A DNA stretch of 64,000 bases from an uncultured Lachnospiraceae bacterium (GTDB lineage: Bacteria > Bacillota > Clostridia > Lachnospirales > Lachnospiraceae). The translations under genes were made by a program, and so were the position numbers. Within the stretch, counting starts at the first letter, position 1; every line of letters starts with the position of its first letter. Below, one piece after another: positions 20,568 to 31,644 of the stretch. Where the stretch lies: positions 9,456 through 73,455 of the forward strand of contig CAMNCY010000001.1 of assembly GCA_946534785.1 (NCBI GenBank), in the 5' to 3' direction. Below the pieces are notes generated by a model, which worked only from the letters and a program-made list of their open reading frames with translations, searched no databases and was not told the origin of the DNA.

Positions 20568-20716
20568 GGTATAAACTTATTCTGTATGGAAAAAGATGCC
20601 GCCATGCGCAGTTTCGGCCAGAACGGCATAAAAAAGAGAGGCGTATCCCGCGGCGGGAAACAGGCACGGGAGAAAGCAGGTCTCTTTGCACAGATCAATG
20701 AACAGGGAGGTTTTAT

Positions 20717-21967
20717 ATGGGCTTAATTCAGGTTGGCGTCGGCGCAGCTTCCACCGTTCTCGCAGATCAGTGGCGAGAGTATTTCTACTGTGAATCACTG
20801 GATGCAAATACCCTGGTAGTCAAAGGGGCCAAGAGAAAATCCAAGAATTCCTACAATACAAAGGGAAGCGACAATATCATCACCAACGGTTCCATCATTG
20901 CCGTGAACGACGGACAGTGCATGATCATCGTTGAGCAGGGCAGGATCGTGGATATTTCCGCAGAACCCGGCGAATATGTATTTGATTCTTCGAAAGAGCC
21001 TACGATCTTCTACGGCGGTCTCTGGCAGGGGATCAAGGACAGCTTTAACACATGGAAAAAGCGTGTGACCTTCGGCGGAGATACCGGAAATGACCAGAGG
21101 GTCTATTACTTCAATACGAAGGAGATCATCGGGAACAAATACGGTACGGCCAATCCGGTCCCGTTCCGTGTCGTTGACCTGAACATCGGTCTTGACGTTG
21201 ATATCGCCGTAGCATGCCACGGTGAATATTCCTATAAGATCCAGGATCCGATCCTGTTCTATAAGAATGTATGCGGCAATGTCGAAGAGGATTACAAGAG
21301 GAGCCAGATCGACTCCCAGCTCAAGTCCGAGCTTCTGACGGCACTGCAGCCCGCATTCGGTGAGATCTCCGAGATGGGCATCCGCTACAGTGCGGTTCCC
21401 GCTCATGCGGATGATCTGGCGGATGCACTTAACAGAGTCCTTTCCGAAAGCTGGGTCAAGACAAGAGGTATTGTCATCAGCGCCTTCGGTATCAGCTCTC
21501 TGAAGGCTTCCGAAGAAGACGAGAAGATGATCAAGGAACTGCAGAAGAATGCAGCTCTCAAGAATCCTGCAATGGCGGCGGCTACCCTTACGGCAGCCCA
21601 GGCACAGGCTATGCAGGATGCGGCCAACAACCAGAATGCAGGCCCGATGATGGCATTTGCAGGCATGAACATGGCCAATATGACAGGCGGCATGAACGCT
21701 TCCCAGCTGTTTGCGATGGGTGCACAGCAGCAGGCCCAGCAGGCGGCGCCTGCTCCGCAGGCAGCTCCCGCTCCCCAGGCAGCGCCCGCACAGGATGCGG
21801 CAGCCATGTGGGTATGCCCGCAGTGCGGCGAAGCCTCCAACGTAGGCAAGTTCTGCATGAACTGCGGCGCACCGAAGCCGGCTCCGGCAGAATGGGTATG
21901 CCCGCAGTGCGGACAGCAGGGCAACAAAGGCAAGTTCTGCTTCAACTGCGGAACGCCCAGACCCTGA
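20717..21967 (+). CDS. SPFH-domain (YdjI-like) protein with two C-terminal zinc ribbons
   Basis: NGSIIAVNDGQ, VYYFN, KYGT..PVPF, GEYSYKIQDP; WVCPQCG...KFCxNCG twice. Confidence 0.85.
   Translation: MGLIQVGVGAASTVLADQWREYFYCESLDANTLVVKGAKRKSKNSYNTKGSDNIITNGSIIAVNDGQCMIIVEQGRIVDISAEPGEYVFDSSKEPTIFYGGLWQGIKDSFNTWKKRVTFGGDTGNDQRVYYFNTKEIIGNKYGTANPVPFRVVDLNIGLDVDIAVACHGEYSYKIQDPILFYKNVCGNVEEDYKRSQIDSQLKSELLTALQPAFGEISEMGIRYSAVPAHADDLADALNRVLSESWVKTRGIVISAFGISSLKASEEDEKMIKELQKNAALKNPAMAAATLTAAQAQAMQDAANNQNAGPMMAFAGMNMANMTGGMNASQLFAMGAQQQAQQAAPAPQAAPAPQAAPAQDAAAMWVCPQCGEASNVGKFCMNCGAPKPAPAEWVCPQCGQQGNKGKFCFNCGTPRP
21809..21912 (+). repeat. 84-nt-period internal duplication encoding zinc ribbons
   Basis: Identical 20-mer TGGGTATGCCCGCAGTGCGG at 21809 and 21893; GGCAAGTTCTGC is also repeated. 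Confidence 0.85.
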
Positions 21968-22031
21968 TACCACGGAAAATGGCAGGTAAGGCTGAATCAG
22001 ACCGCTGAAGATTCGGCGGTGCAGTCTATTG

Positions 22032-22069
22032 CGAACAGATACTGTGCCGGATGGCATGGTATCTGTTCG
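22032..22069 (+). terminator. 17-bp hairpin between SPFH gene and uvrB
   Basis: CGAACAGATACTGTGCC-GGAT-GGCATGGTATCTGTTCG (two G.U pairs), then TCTTCTTC. Confidence 0.5.
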
Positions 22070-22090
22070 TCTTCTTCAGGAGAATTGCAG

Positions 22091-24088
22091 TTGGATAAGT
22101 TTGTCATACATTCGGAATTTCAGCCGACCGGCGACCAGCCGCAGGCCATCGACGCACTCGTAAAGGGGTTCCGGGAGGGAAACCAGTTCGAGACCCTTCT
22201 GGGCGTAACGGGATCCGGCAAGACCTTTACCATGGCCAACGTGATCGCGGCCCTGAACCGGCCGACCCTGATCATCTCCCACAACAAAACACTGGCCGGC
22301 CAGCTGTACGGGGAGATGAAGGAATTTTTCCCGGAGAACGCCGTGGAATACTTTGTCTCCTACTACGATTACTACCAGCCGGAGGCTTATGTTCCCCAGA
22401 CGGATACGTATATCGCCAAGGATTCGGCGATCAATGACGAGATCGACAAGCTCCGTCTTTCCGCAACGGCATCGCTTTCGGAGCGGCGGGACGTGATCGT
22501 CGTCGCCAGTGTATCCTGCATCTACGGACTGGGAAGCCCGGAGGAATTCAAGGGCATGTCCATTTCCCTGCGCCCCGGCATGCACAAGGACCGGGACGAG
22601 GTCATTAAGGAACTGGTGGCCATCCAGTACAAACGGAACGACCAGGCGGCGGAGCGCTGCAATTTCCGCGTGCACGGCGATACGGTCGACATCTATCCCG
22701 CGCAGGGGAGCGAATACCTGATCCGCGTGGAATTCTTCGGGGATGAGATCGACAGGATCTGCGAGGTGGAGATGCTCACCGGCAGGGTCCATGCGGACCT
22801 TCGCCACGTCATGATCTATCCGGCCTCCCACTATGTGGTGCCCCAGGAGAAGATCGACCTTGCATGTGACAATATCCAGAAGGAACTGGAGGAAAGAGTC
22901 CGCTATTTCCGTGGAGAGGACCGGCTGATCGAGGCCCAGAGAATCTCGGAGCGGACCAATTTTGACATAGAGATGATGCGCGAGACCGGATTCTGCTCCG
23001 GGATCGAAAACTATTCCCGGCACCTGAATTTCATGCCGCCGGGAGCGGAGCCATTAACGCTCATGGACTTCTTCCCGGATGATTTCCTGATCATTGTGGA
23101 CGAGTCCCACATGACGATCCCGCAGATCGGCGCCATGTACCACGGCGACAGGAACCGTAAGACGACACTGGTGGAATACGGCTTCCGCCTTCCTTCCGCG
23201 CTGGACAACCGTCCCCTGAATTTCGGGGAGTTCGAGGAAAAGATCGACCAGATGCTGTTCGTTTCCGCAACGCCCGGCCCCTATGAGGAAGAGCACGAGC
23301 TTCTTCGCGCCGAGCAGGTGATCCGTCCCACGGGCCTTCTCGATCCGAAGATCGACGTAAGACCGGTGGAAGGGCAGATCGACGATCTCATCGGAGAGAT
23401 CCGCAAAGAAACGGATAAGAAGAACAAGGTCCTGATCACGACCCTGACGAAGAAGATGGCGGAGGATCTGACGGAATACCTGGCGGAAGCGGGCATCCGC
23501 GTCAAATATCTGCATTCGGACATCGATACCCTTGAGCGCGCCCAGATCATCCGCGACATGCGGCTTGACGTGTTCGACGTCCTTGTCGGCATCAATCTTC
23601 TGAGAGAAGGCCTGGATATTCCCGAGATCTCTCTCGTTGCCATCCTGGATGCGGACAAGGAGGGCTTCCTTCGTTCGGAAACCTCTCTTGTGCAGACGAT
23701 CGGAAGAGCGTCACGAAATGCCGAAGGACATGTTATAATGTACGCCGACACCGTGACGGATTCCATGCGGCGCGCTATCGACGAGACGGAAAGACGCCGT
23801 GCGATCCAGGAAAAATATAACGAAGAGCACGGCATTACGCCGCAGACGATCAAAAAGGCGGTCCGTGACCTGATCACGATCTCGAGGGAGGTCATGGAAG
23901 AGCAGGTCCGCTTTGAAAAAGATCCGGAATCGATGTCAAAGAACGAACTGAAGGACCTGATCGCCAAGGTGGAAAAACAGATGAAGCGGGCAGCGGCGGA
24001 TCTGAATTTCGAAGCGGCCGCCCAGCTGCGAGACCAGATGAAGGAACTGAAGAAACAGCTCCTGGACATGGAAAACACCCGAAATTAA
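22091..24088 (+). CDS. uvrB: Excinuclease ABC subunit B
   Basis: [30 protein letters not shown]-terminal UVR coiled coil; TTG start after AGGAG. Confidence 0.97.
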   Translation: MDKFVIHSEFQPTGDQPQAIDALVKGFREGNQFETLLGVTGSGKTFTMANVIAALNRPTLIISHNKTLAGQLYGEMKEFFPENAVEYFVSYYDYYQPEAYVPQTDTYIAKDSAINDEIDKLRLSATASLSERRDVIVVASVSCIYGLGSPEEFKGMSISLRPGMHKDRDEVIKELVAIQYKRNDQAAERCNFRVHGDTVDIYPAQGSEYLIRVEFFGDEIDRICEVEMLTGRVHADLRHVMIYPASHYVVPQEKIDLACDNIQKELEERVRYFRGEDRLIEAQRISERTNFDIEMMRETGFCSGIENYSRHLNFMPPGAEPLTLMDFFPDDFLIIVDESHMTIPQIGAMYHGDRNRKTTLVEYGFRLPSALDNRPLNFGEFEEKIDQMLFVSATPGPYEEEHELLRAEQVIRPTGLLDPKIDVRPVEGQIDDLIGEIRKETDKKNKVLITTLTKKMAEDLTEYLAEAGIRVKYLHSDIDTLERAQIIRDMRLDVFDVLVGINLLREGLDIPEISLVAILDADKEGFLRSETSLVQTIGRASRNAEGHVIMYADTVTDSMRRAIDETERRRAIQEKYNEEHGITPQTIKKAVRDLITISREVMEEQVRFEKDPESMSKNELKDLIAKVEKQMKRAAADLNFEAAAQLRDQMKELKKQLLDMENTRN

Positions 24089-24104
24089 AGGAATTCATAT
24101 TTAC

Positions 24105-27077
24105 ATGGCAGAAAAAATACGCAAACCGGATTACTGGCCGGCATTGAAAGAAGCAGAAGAAAAAGCCAAGGGGCAGCAGGCCGCGGATGAAAAGAGAAGA
24201 AGCATTATCTATGAGGACGACTGTATCCGGATCAAAGGGGCAAAGGAGCATAACCTGAAAGGGATCGACCTTCGGATCCCCCGCAACCAGCTGGTGGTCC
24301 TGACCGGCCTTTCCGGATCCGGCAAGTCTTCCCTTGCCTTCGATACCATCTATGCAGAGGGACAGAGGCGCTATATGGAATCCCTCTCTTCCTATGCACG
24401 GCAGTTCCTGGGACAGATGGAGAAACCGAACGTGGAGCAGATCGACGGTCTTTCTCCCGCGATCTCCATCGACCAGAAATCCACGAACCGCAATCCCCGT
24501 TCCACGGTAGGTACGGTCACGGAGATCTATGATTATTTCCGTCTTCTGTATGCGAGGATCGGCATACCCCACTGCCCGAACTGCGGGAGGGAAATCTCCC
24601 GGCAGACGGTAGACCAGATGGTGGACAGGATCCTGCAGCTGGGAGAAGGGACCCGGTTCCTCGTCCTCTCGCCCGTGGTGCGCGGACGCAAGGGCATGCA
24701 CGAGAAGGTCTTCGACCGTGCCAGAAAGGCGGGTTACGTCAGGGTCCGTGTCGACGGGAACCAGTATGACCTGACGGACGAAGAGATCTCCCTGGACAAG
24801 AACATCAAGCACAATATCGAGATCATCGTGGACCGTCTGATCGTCCGGGAAGGGATCGAACGAAGGCTGACGGACTCTCTGGAGAATGCGCTGGATCTTG
24901 CGGAGGGACTGGTCCAGGTCCAGGTCGTGGACGGGGAGCTTCTGCAGTTCTCACAGAATTTTGCCTGCCCGGACTGCGGGATCAGCATCCCGGAGATCGA
25001 GCCCAGGAGCTTCTCCTTCAACAATCCCTTCGGCGCCTGCCCGGACTGTGCCGGTATCGGGTACCGCATGGAATTCGACCCGGACCTCATCGTGCCGGAC
25101 AAGAGCCTTTCCATCAATGAGGGCGCCATCGCCGCCATGGGCTGGCAGAGCTCTGCCAAGGCGGACAGCTGGTCCCATGCAACGCTCCAGGGACTTGCGG
25201 ATACCTTCGGTTTCAGCCTGGATACGCCCTGGAAGGACCTGCCGGAGAAGATCCGGGACATCCTGATGAACGGATCGGACAAAAGCTTTGATATTCACTA
25301 TAAGAGTCAGAGGGGAAAGGGCGTCTACCATATCACCTTTGATGGCATCCTGTCCATTACGAACCAGAGATACCGGGAGACCGGCGGAGAAAGGACGCGG
25401 CAGGAATACGAAAACTACATGAAGATATCGCCCTGCAAGAGCTGCGGCGGCAAGAGGCTCCGCAGGGAGTCCCTGGCCGTTACGGTCGCGGACAAGAATA
25501 TCTATGAGATCACCTGCCTATCCATCAAGTCGCTCCTGGAGCTTTTGAACGGGCTGGAGCTTACCCGCTCCCAGCAGCTGATCGGCGAACAGATCCTCAA
25601 GGAGATCCGAAACCGCGTGACCTTCCTGAAGGATGTGGGCCTGGACTATCTTACGCTGGCACGGGCGACGGCCTCCCTTTCCGGAGGCGAAGCGCAGAGG
25701 ATCCGTCTTGCCACCCAGATCGGGTCCGGCCTTGTGGGCGTCTGCTACATCCTGGATGAGCCCAGCATCGGACTCCATCAGAGGGACAACGACAAGCTCC
25801 TGCGGACGCTGAAGAACCTCAGGGATCTCTGGAATACGGTCATTGTGGTCGAGCATGACGAGGATACGATGCTGGCCGCCGATTATATCGTGGATATCGG
25901 CCCCGGCGCGGGCTCCCACGGAGGAGAAGTGGTCGCCTGCGGCACGGCCGCAGAGATCATGGAAAATCCCGCCTCCGTCACGGGAGATTATCTTTCCGGA
26001 AGAAGATACATTCCGGTCCCGGAAGTAAGAAGAAAGCCGACAGGATGGCTTACGGTGCACGGCGCTGCCATGAACAACCTGAAGCATGTCGACGTGAAGA
26101 TCCCCCTCGGTGTCCTTACGCTGGTCACCGGTGTTTCCGGCTCCGGCAAGAGTTCCCTCGTCAACGAGATCCTGTATAAGCAGCTGGCCCATGACCTGAA
26201 CCGGGCAAGACTCACGGCGGGACCCCACGACGGGATCGAGGGCATGGAACAGCTGGACAAGGTCATCAATATCGACCAGTCCCCGATCGGAAGAACGCCC
26301 CGCTCGAATCCCGCGACCTATACCGGGGTCTTTGACCTGATCCGGGATCTTTTCGCGGGCACCTCCGACGCCAGGGCAAGGGGGTATACCAAGGGACGGT
26401 TCTCCTTCAATGTCAAGGGCGGCCGGTGCGAGGCCTGCAGCGGCGACGGCATTATCAAGATCGAGATGCACTTCCTGCCGGATGTCTATGTTCCCTGCGA
26501 GGTCTGCCAGGGACGCCGCTACAACCGGGAGACGCTGGAAGTCAAATACAAGGGAAAGAGCATCTATGACGTGCTCGACATGACCATTGAGGAAGCGGTG
26601 AAGTTCTTTGAGAACGTGCCTTCTGTCCGGGACAAGATCCAGACCATGTATGACGTGGGCCTGGGCTATGTGAAACTGGGGCAGCCTTCCACCGAACTCT
26701 CCGGAGGCGAGGCCCAGAGGATCAAGCTGGCCACGGAGCTTTCCAGGAGGAGCACCGGAAAAACGATCTACATCCTGGACGAGCCCACCACGGGCCTGCA
26801 TTTTGAGGATGTGAACAAGCTCATCCGGATCCTGCACAAGCTGGTCGAAGGCGGCAACAGTGTAGTCGTCATCGAACACAACCTCGACGTCATCAAAACG
26901 GCGGACTATATCATCGATATGGGACCCGAAGGCGGCGAGAGAGGCGGAAGGGTCGTTTTTGCCGGAACACCGGAGGAAATCGAAAAGGAACACAGTTCCT
27001 ATACCGGTTATTACGTCCACAAAATGCTGGAAAAGGACCGAAAACGCAGAACATTAAATTTCGATAAAACACTTTGA
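24105..27077 (+). CDS. uvrA: Excinuclease ABC subunit A
   Basis: Two ABC cassettes ([26 protein letters not shown] twice) and Cys zinc fingers. Confidence 0.97.
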   Translation: MAEKIRKPDYWPALKEAEEKAKGQQAADEKRRSIIYEDDCIRIKGAKEHNLKGIDLRIPRNQLVVLTGLSGSGKSSLAFDTIYAEGQRRYMESLSSYARQFLGQMEKPNVEQIDGLSPAISIDQKSTNRNPRSTVGTVTEIYDYFRLLYARIGIPHCPNCGREISRQTVDQMVDRILQLGEGTRFLVLSPVVRGRKGMHEKVFDRARKAGYVRVRVDGNQYDLTDEEISLDKNIKHNIEIIVDRLIVREGIERRLTDSLENALDLAEGLVQVQVVDGELLQFSQNFACPDCGISIPEIEPRSFSFNNPFGACPDCAGIGYRMEFDPDLIVPDKSLSINEGAIAAMGWQSSAKADSWSHATLQGLADTFGFSLDTPWKDLPEKIRDILMNGSDKSFDIHYKSQRGKGVYHITFDGILSITNQRYRETGGERTRQEYENYMKISPCKSCGGKRLRRESLAVTVADKNIYEITCLSIKSLLELLNGLELTRSQQLIGEQILKEIRNRVTFLKDVGLDYLTLARATASLSGGEAQRIRLATQIGSGLVGVCYILDEPSIGLHQRDNDKLLRTLKNLRDLWNTVIVVEHDEDTMLAADYIVDIGPGAGSHGGEVVACGTAAEIMENPASVTGDYLSGRRYIPVPEVRRKPTGWLTVHGAAMNNLKHVDVKIPLGVLTLVTGVSGSGKSSLVNEILYKQLAHDLNRARLTAGPHDGIEGMEQLDKVINIDQSPIGRTPRSNPATYTGVFDLIRDLFAGTSDARARGYTKGRFSFNVKGGRCEACSGDGIIKIEMHFLPDVYVPCEVCQGRRYNRETLEVKYKGKSIYDVLDMTIEEAVKFFENVPSVRDKIQTMYDVGLGYVKLGQPSTELSGGEAQRIKLATELSRRSTGKTIYILDEPTTGLHFEDVNKLIRILHKLVEGGNSVVVIEHNLDVIKTADYIIDMGPEGGERGGRVVFAGTPEEIEKEHSSYTGYYVHKMLEKDRKRRTLNFDKTL

Positions 27078-27102
27078 AAAGTCATATAGTGTAGTCTATA
27101 CT
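27074..27102 (+). promoter_or_regulatory. sigma-A promoter of mreB/mbl
   Basis: TTGAAA-17 nt-TATACT. Confidence 0.7.
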
Positions 27103-27221
27103 ATTTTCGTGAGCCGACCGGGGAAGCCCGGGGCTCACGATTATTCATGAGAATTTCGTCTGTCCCGTGCTCCGGACTGCATCCGGCAGCGGGCCGGGAT
27201 TTATATATATAAAGAGGTAAT

Positions 27222-28220
27222 ATGCAGCATTCAGATATCGGAATCGATCTGGGAACCGCCAGTGTTCTCGTATACATAAGGGGGAGGGGCGTAGTCCTGA
27301 AGGAACCCTCCGTAGTGGCATTCGACAGGGATACGAACAGAATCAAAGCCATCGGCGAAGACGCCAGGCTCATGCTCGGCAGGACGCCCGGCAATATCGT
27401 AGCGGTAAGGCCGCTCCGCCAGGGCGTTATTTCGGACTATACGGTAACGGAGAAGATGATGAAATATTTCATCCAGAAGGCAGTCGGAAAGAGGACTTTC
27501 CGCAAGCCCCGGATCGCCGTATGCGTACCCAGCCAGGTCACGGAAGTTGAAAAGAAAGCAGTAGAGGACGCCACCTTCCAGGCGGGCGCCAGGGAAGTAT
27601 ATATCATTGAAGAGCCCATTGCGGCGGCGATCGGGGCCGGGATCGACATCTCCAAGCCCTGCGGCAACATGGTGGTCGATATCGGCGGCGGTACGACGGA
27701 CATTGCCGTGATCTCCCTGGGCGGCACCGTTGTCAGCACCTCCATCAAGATCGCGGGGGATGATTTCGACGACGCGCTCGTCCGCTACATGCGTAAGAAA
27801 TACAATCTCCTCGTCGGTGAAAGAACGGCGGAGGACATCAAGATCCGCGTGGGAAGCTGTTATCCCGCGGCGGAGGACGAATATATGGAGGTCAGGGGCA
27901 GGAACCTGGTCACGGGCCTGCCGAGGACGATCCGTGTTTCCTCTTCGGAAACGGAGGAGGCCCTGAAGGAGCCCACGAACCAGATCGTGGAAGCGGTCCA
28001 CAGCGTCCTGGAACGGACGCCTCCGGAGCTGGCCGCGGATATCGCGGACAGGGGTATCGTCCTTACGGGAGGAGGATCCCTCCTGCACGGCCTCGAAGAG
28101 CTTATCACCAGCAAGACCGGCATCAGCGCGGTCACGGCGGAGGATCCCATGACGGCAGTGGCCGTCGGGACGGGCCGCTATGTCGAATTCCTCTCCGGTT
28201 CATCCGGATACGATTCTTGA
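27222..28220 (+). CDS. mbl: MreB/Mbl rod shape-determining actin homologue
   Basis: IGIDLGTA, VDIGGGTTD, LTGGGSLL. No mreCD follow, which favours mbl. Confidence 0.9.
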   Translation: MQHSDIGIDLGTASVLVYIRGRGVVLKEPSVVAFDRDTNRIKAIGEDARLMLGRTPGNIVAVRPLRQGVISDYTVTEKMMKYFIQKAVGKRTFRKPRIAVCVPSQVTEVEKKAVEDATFQAGAREVYIIEEPIAAAIGAGIDISKPCGNMVVDIGGGTTDIAVISLGGTVVSTSIKIAGDDFDDALVRYMRKKYNLLVGERTAEDIKIRVGSCYPAAEDEYMEVRGRNLVTGLPRTIRVSSSETEEALKEPTNQIVEAVHSVLERTPPELAADIADRGIVLTGGGSLLHGLEELITSKTGISAVTAEDPMTAVAVGTGRYVEFLSGSSGYDS

Positions 28221-28227
28221 TCAGACA

Positions 28228-28256
28228 GGATAGGGAAGGAGCAGCCTTCCCTATCC
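28228..28256 (+). terminator. Hairpin after mbl
   Basis: GGATAGGGAAGG/CCTTCCCTATCC perfect 12-bp stem; weak U tail. Confidence 0.55.
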
Positions 28257-28287
28257 GATTTCATTTCTGTACACCATTCTGTACCAC

Positions 28288-30561
28288 TTGACAATGCCGA
28301 TGGAAGAATTCAGGGGATACGTATCCCAGATCATTTACCGCAATAAAGAAAACGGCTATACCGTATTCGAGGTCGTTTCGGACGAAGAGACCATGACCTG
28401 TACGGGATATCCTGCCGTGATCGGCGAAGGCGAAAGCTGCCGTGTGCAGGGAGAATTCACGGAGCATCCCCTTTACGGAACACAGCTGAAGGTCAGTGCC
28501 TTCGAAACGGCTGCGCCCCGGGATGAGGATGCCGTATTCCGGTATCTTTCCTCGGGTGCGATCAAAGGCGTCGGAGAGGCAATGGCCCGGCGTATCATGA
28601 AGGCCTTCGGAGAGGATACGATGCGGGTGCTGGACGAAGAGCCGGAGCGGCTTTCCGAGGTAAAGGGCATCAGCGAGAGGAGCGCGCGGCAGATCGGCGC
28701 CCAGATCCGGGAGAAGAAAGACACCCGGGAGGCCATGCTTTTCCTTGGAAAATACGGGATCACGAACCGCCAGGCCATGAAGATCTGGGAGACCTACGGC
28801 AGCGAAATGTACACGGTCCTTCGGGAGAATCCCTACCGGCTTGCGGAGGATATCGGCGGCATCGGCTTTATCAGGGCGGATGAGATCGCTTCCCGCATGG
28901 GCGTCCATCCGGATTCGGATTACAGGATCCGGAGCGGCATTACCTATGTCCTCCAGCAGTGCATGTCGGAGGGCAGCACCTGCATGCTGCGCGATCGGGC
29001 AGTCCGGGAAGCGGCAGAGCTTCTTAACGTCGACAGGGAACTGGCGGAGATCCAGATGGACAACCTGGTCATGGACGGCGTTCTGTACATGAAGCGGAAA
29101 GGGGAGGAGATCCAGGTCTATTCCGCATATGCGTACCATAAGGAACAGAGGATCGCGCGCAAACTCCTGGAGCTGAAGAACGCCGCCATACAGGAGCTGG
29201 ATGAAGGCGAGATCCTGCAGCGGGTGCGGCATATCGAAGAGCATGAGGATATCGTCCTTGACGAACTGCAGAGAAAAGCGGTCGTACGTGCGGCAGAAGG
29301 CGCCGTGCTTCTGGTCTCGGGCGGTCCCGGTACCGGCAAGACTACGACGATCAATTCGATCATCCGGTTCTTTATTTCGGACCTGAAGACCGTCGTCCTG
29401 GCAGCCCCCACCGGCCGCGCCGCCAAGAGGATGAGCGAAGCGACCGGGTATGAGGCCATGACCATCCACCGTCTCCTGGGATGCAGGGCGCAGGATGCGG
29501 GGGATCCCGCAGGCGGAGAAGGCCCGGAAGACAGACGGATCTTTTTTGACAGGGACGATGACAATCCGCTGGAAGCGGACGTCGTCATCATTGATGAAAT
29601 GAGCATGGTGGACGTGTTCCTGTTTGACGCGCTCCTTGCGGCGGTCCATCCGGGGACCCGCCTGATCATGGCGGGAGACGTGAACCAGCTGCCCAGCGTG
29701 GGCCCCGGACAGATCCTGAAAGATATGATCGATGCGGGCGCCTTCGAAACGATCATGCTGAAGAGGATCTTCCGGCAGGCGCTGCAGAGCGACATCATCA
29801 TGAACGCCCACAGGATCCTCCAGGAGGAGCCGCTCCGCCTGGACAACAGGAGCCGGGATTTCTTTTTCCTGGAAAGGAGCGATCCGGGCGTCATCTATAA
29901 GCACATGGTCCAGATGGTGACGGATATGCTGCCGCGTTACCTTTCCTGCGGCAGGGACGAGATACAGGTGCTGACACCGATGAAGAAGGGAGTCCTGGGA
30001 TCGCTGCGGCTGAACCAGGTCCTGCAGAGCATCCTGAATCCCCCGAAGGAAGGCGTCGCGGAGTATACCTACGCGGGGACCGTCTTCCGTGTGGGCGACA
30101 AGGTCATGCAGAACCGGAACAATTATCAGACCGAGTGGACAGTCGAAGGGAATTTCGGGATCGCCATCGAACGGGGCACGGGGATCTTCAACGGGGATTT
30201 CGGTGTCATAACGGCGATCGAGGAGGATGAGCGCATGATGCGCATCCGGTTCGACGAGGACCGTATGGTGGAGTATCCGTTCCAGGACCTGGATGACCTG
30301 GAACTGGCATATGCCATCACCGTCCATAAATCGCAGGGATCGGAATATCCGGCAGTCGTCATGCCGCTCCTTTCGGGCCCTGCAGGCCTGATGCACCGGA
30401 ACCTTCTGTACACGGCCATTACCAGGGCCCGCCGATGCGTCGTCATCCTGGGAAGCCGGGAGGCGCTGCTGAGAATGGCCGGGAATAAGGGAAGTTCGGA
30501 AAGACATACCGGACTGAAGGACAGGATCGATGAGCTTTACGCCCTGGAAGACGGCGATTGA
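28288..30561 (+). CDS. recD2: ATP-dependent RecD-like helicase RecD2
   Basis: N-terminal OB/HhH, GGPGTGKTT, APTGRAAKR, DEMSM, AYAITVHKSQGSE. Start may be 28300. Confidence 0.93.
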   Translation: MTMPMEEFRGYVSQIIYRNKENGYTVFEVVSDEETMTCTGYPAVIGEGESCRVQGEFTEHPLYGTQLKVSAFETAAPRDEDAVFRYLSSGAIKGVGEAMARRIMKAFGEDTMRVLDEEPERLSEVKGISERSARQIGAQIREKKDTREAMLFLGKYGITNRQAMKIWETYGSEMYTVLRENPYRLAEDIGGIGFIRADEIASRMGVHPDSDYRIRSGITYVLQQCMSEGSTCMLRDRAVREAAELLNVDRELAEIQMDNLVMDGVLYMKRKGEEIQVYSAYAYHKEQRIARKLLELKNAAIQELDEGEILQRVRHIEEHEDIVLDELQRKAVVRAAEGAVLLVSGGPGTGKTTTINSIIRFFISDLKTVVLAAPTGRAAKRMSEATGYEAMTIHRLLGCRAQDAGDPAGGEGPEDRRIFFDRDDDNPLEADVVIIDEMSMVDVFLFDALLAAVHPGTRLIMAGDVNQLPSVGPGQILKDMIDAGAFETIMLKRIFRQALQSDIIMNAHRILQEEPLRLDNRSRDFFFLERSDPGVIYKHMVQMVTDMLPRYLSCGRDEIQVLTPMKKGVLGSLRLNQVLQSILNPPKEGVAEYTYAGTVFRVGDKVMQNRNNYQTEWTVEGNFGIAIERGTGIFNGDFGVITAIEEDERMMRIRFDEDRMVEYPFQDLDDLELAYAITVHKSQGSEYPAVVMPLLSGPAGLMHRNLLYTAITRARRCVVILGSREALLRMAGNKGSSERHTGLKDRIDELYALEDGD

Positions 30562-31243
30562 ATTACTGTATCCGGCAAGATGCCCTGTCTGCGACGGGGT
30601 CCTGCCTTATGGGAAGAAGATCTGTGACGGCTGCCGGAAGATACCGGAGCCGGTGGGGGACATCGTCTGCCTGAAGTGCGGAAAGCCTCTGGAAGATCCG
30701 GCTCTTGCCCTCTGCAGTGACTGCGGCAGGATACGGCATTATTACGACAGGGGATGCAGCGTTTACCGGTACCGGAGCGTATCCGGCTCCGTTTTCCGCA
30801 TGAAATACGAGGGCCGGGCGGAATATGCGGCGTATTTTTCGGAGAAAATGGCAGACAGGGTACGAAGTGAGCTGGGATGCGGTTTTGACTGCGTTGTCCC
30901 GGTGCCGTCGTCGCCCCTTCGCACGGCAAAGCGGGGGTATGACCAGGCACTTCTTCTCGCCCGGGGACTGTCCCGGAGCCTGTCCATACCGCTTCGGGAG
31001 GACCTCCTCAAAAGGGTCAGAAACACTGAAGTTCTGAGGAATCTCGGGCTTTCCGAGCGCCGCAAAAATTTGAAAAAAGCTTTTATTGTATATGGAAATG
31101 ATGTAGAATTTAGAAAGATTATTCTGGTCGATGATATATACACGACCGGCTCGACGATAGATGCCTGCAGCCTGGAACTGAAGCGAAAGGGTGCGGCCTC
31201 TGTCTGTTTTGTCACGCTGGCCATAGGAGAATGCTATTTATGA
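30530..31243 (+). CDS. ComF(C)-family phosphoribosyltransferase-like protein
   Basis: Double zinc ribbon N-terminus, RGYDQA, LVDDIYTTGST. Confidence 0.9.
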   Translation: MSFTPWKTAIELLYPARCPVCDGVLPYGKKICDGCRKIPEPVGDIVCLKCGKPLEDPALALCSDCGRIRHYYDRGCSVYRYRSVSGSVFRMKYEGRAEYAAYFSEKMADRVRSELGCGFDCVVPVPSSPLRTAKRGYDQALLLARGLSRSLSIPLREDLLKRVRNTEVLRNLGLSERRKNLKKAFIVYGNDVEFRKIILVDDIYTTGSTIDACSLELKRKGAASVCFVTLAIGECYL

Positions 31244-31638
31244 TAAATGAACAGCGGGTAAAACTGATGACCCGGATGGCGATCTATGAGAAGAACAGCG
31301 GGGCGGAAGACGAAAGGACCAATTCCTATTTCCTGAACGATTACATCAGCGGTCAGTTCCTCCGTTCCTTTATCTGTGTCACCATCTCTTTTATCATAAT
31401 CGCAGGCGTATACGGAATCTATAATTTCGAAGAGCTGATGCTCACAGTCTACAGCCTGGACCTGAAAGCGCTTGCCATCCGCATCATTGCCGCCTATGCG
31501 GTATTTCTTGCCGGCTATCTGATCATCACTTTTCTTGTCTATTCCGTTCGTTATCTGAAGATGAGAAAACGCCTGGAGCAGTATTATCGTGATCTCAGAA
31601 AGCTTGCGGCCAGTTACCGAGAAGAAGGAGATAGATGA
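31240..31638 (+). CDS. Hypothetical 2-TM membrane protein
   Basis: Overlaps comF stop (ATGA), RBS AGGAG, two hydrophobic segments. Confidence 0.75.
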   Translation: MINEQRVKLMTRMAIYEKNSGAEDERTNSYFLNDYISGQFLRSFICVTISFIIIAGVYGIYNFEELMLTVYSLDLKALAIRIIAAYAVFLAGYLIITFLVYSVRYLKMRKRLEQYYRDLRKLAASYREEGDR

Positions 31639-31644
31639 TCCGTA

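Noticed and set aside
17159-21912. Short tandem and direct repeats as a CRISPR array or diversity-generating element
   Set aside because: They are in-frame coding repeats with no unique spacers, and no cas or reverse transcriptase genes are present.
22032-22069. GAAC...GTTC upstream of uvrB as a LexA (SOS) box
   Set aside because: The half-sites are far more than 4 nt apart and are arms of a hairpin with G.U pairs, which fits an RNA structure rather than GAAC-N4-GTTC.
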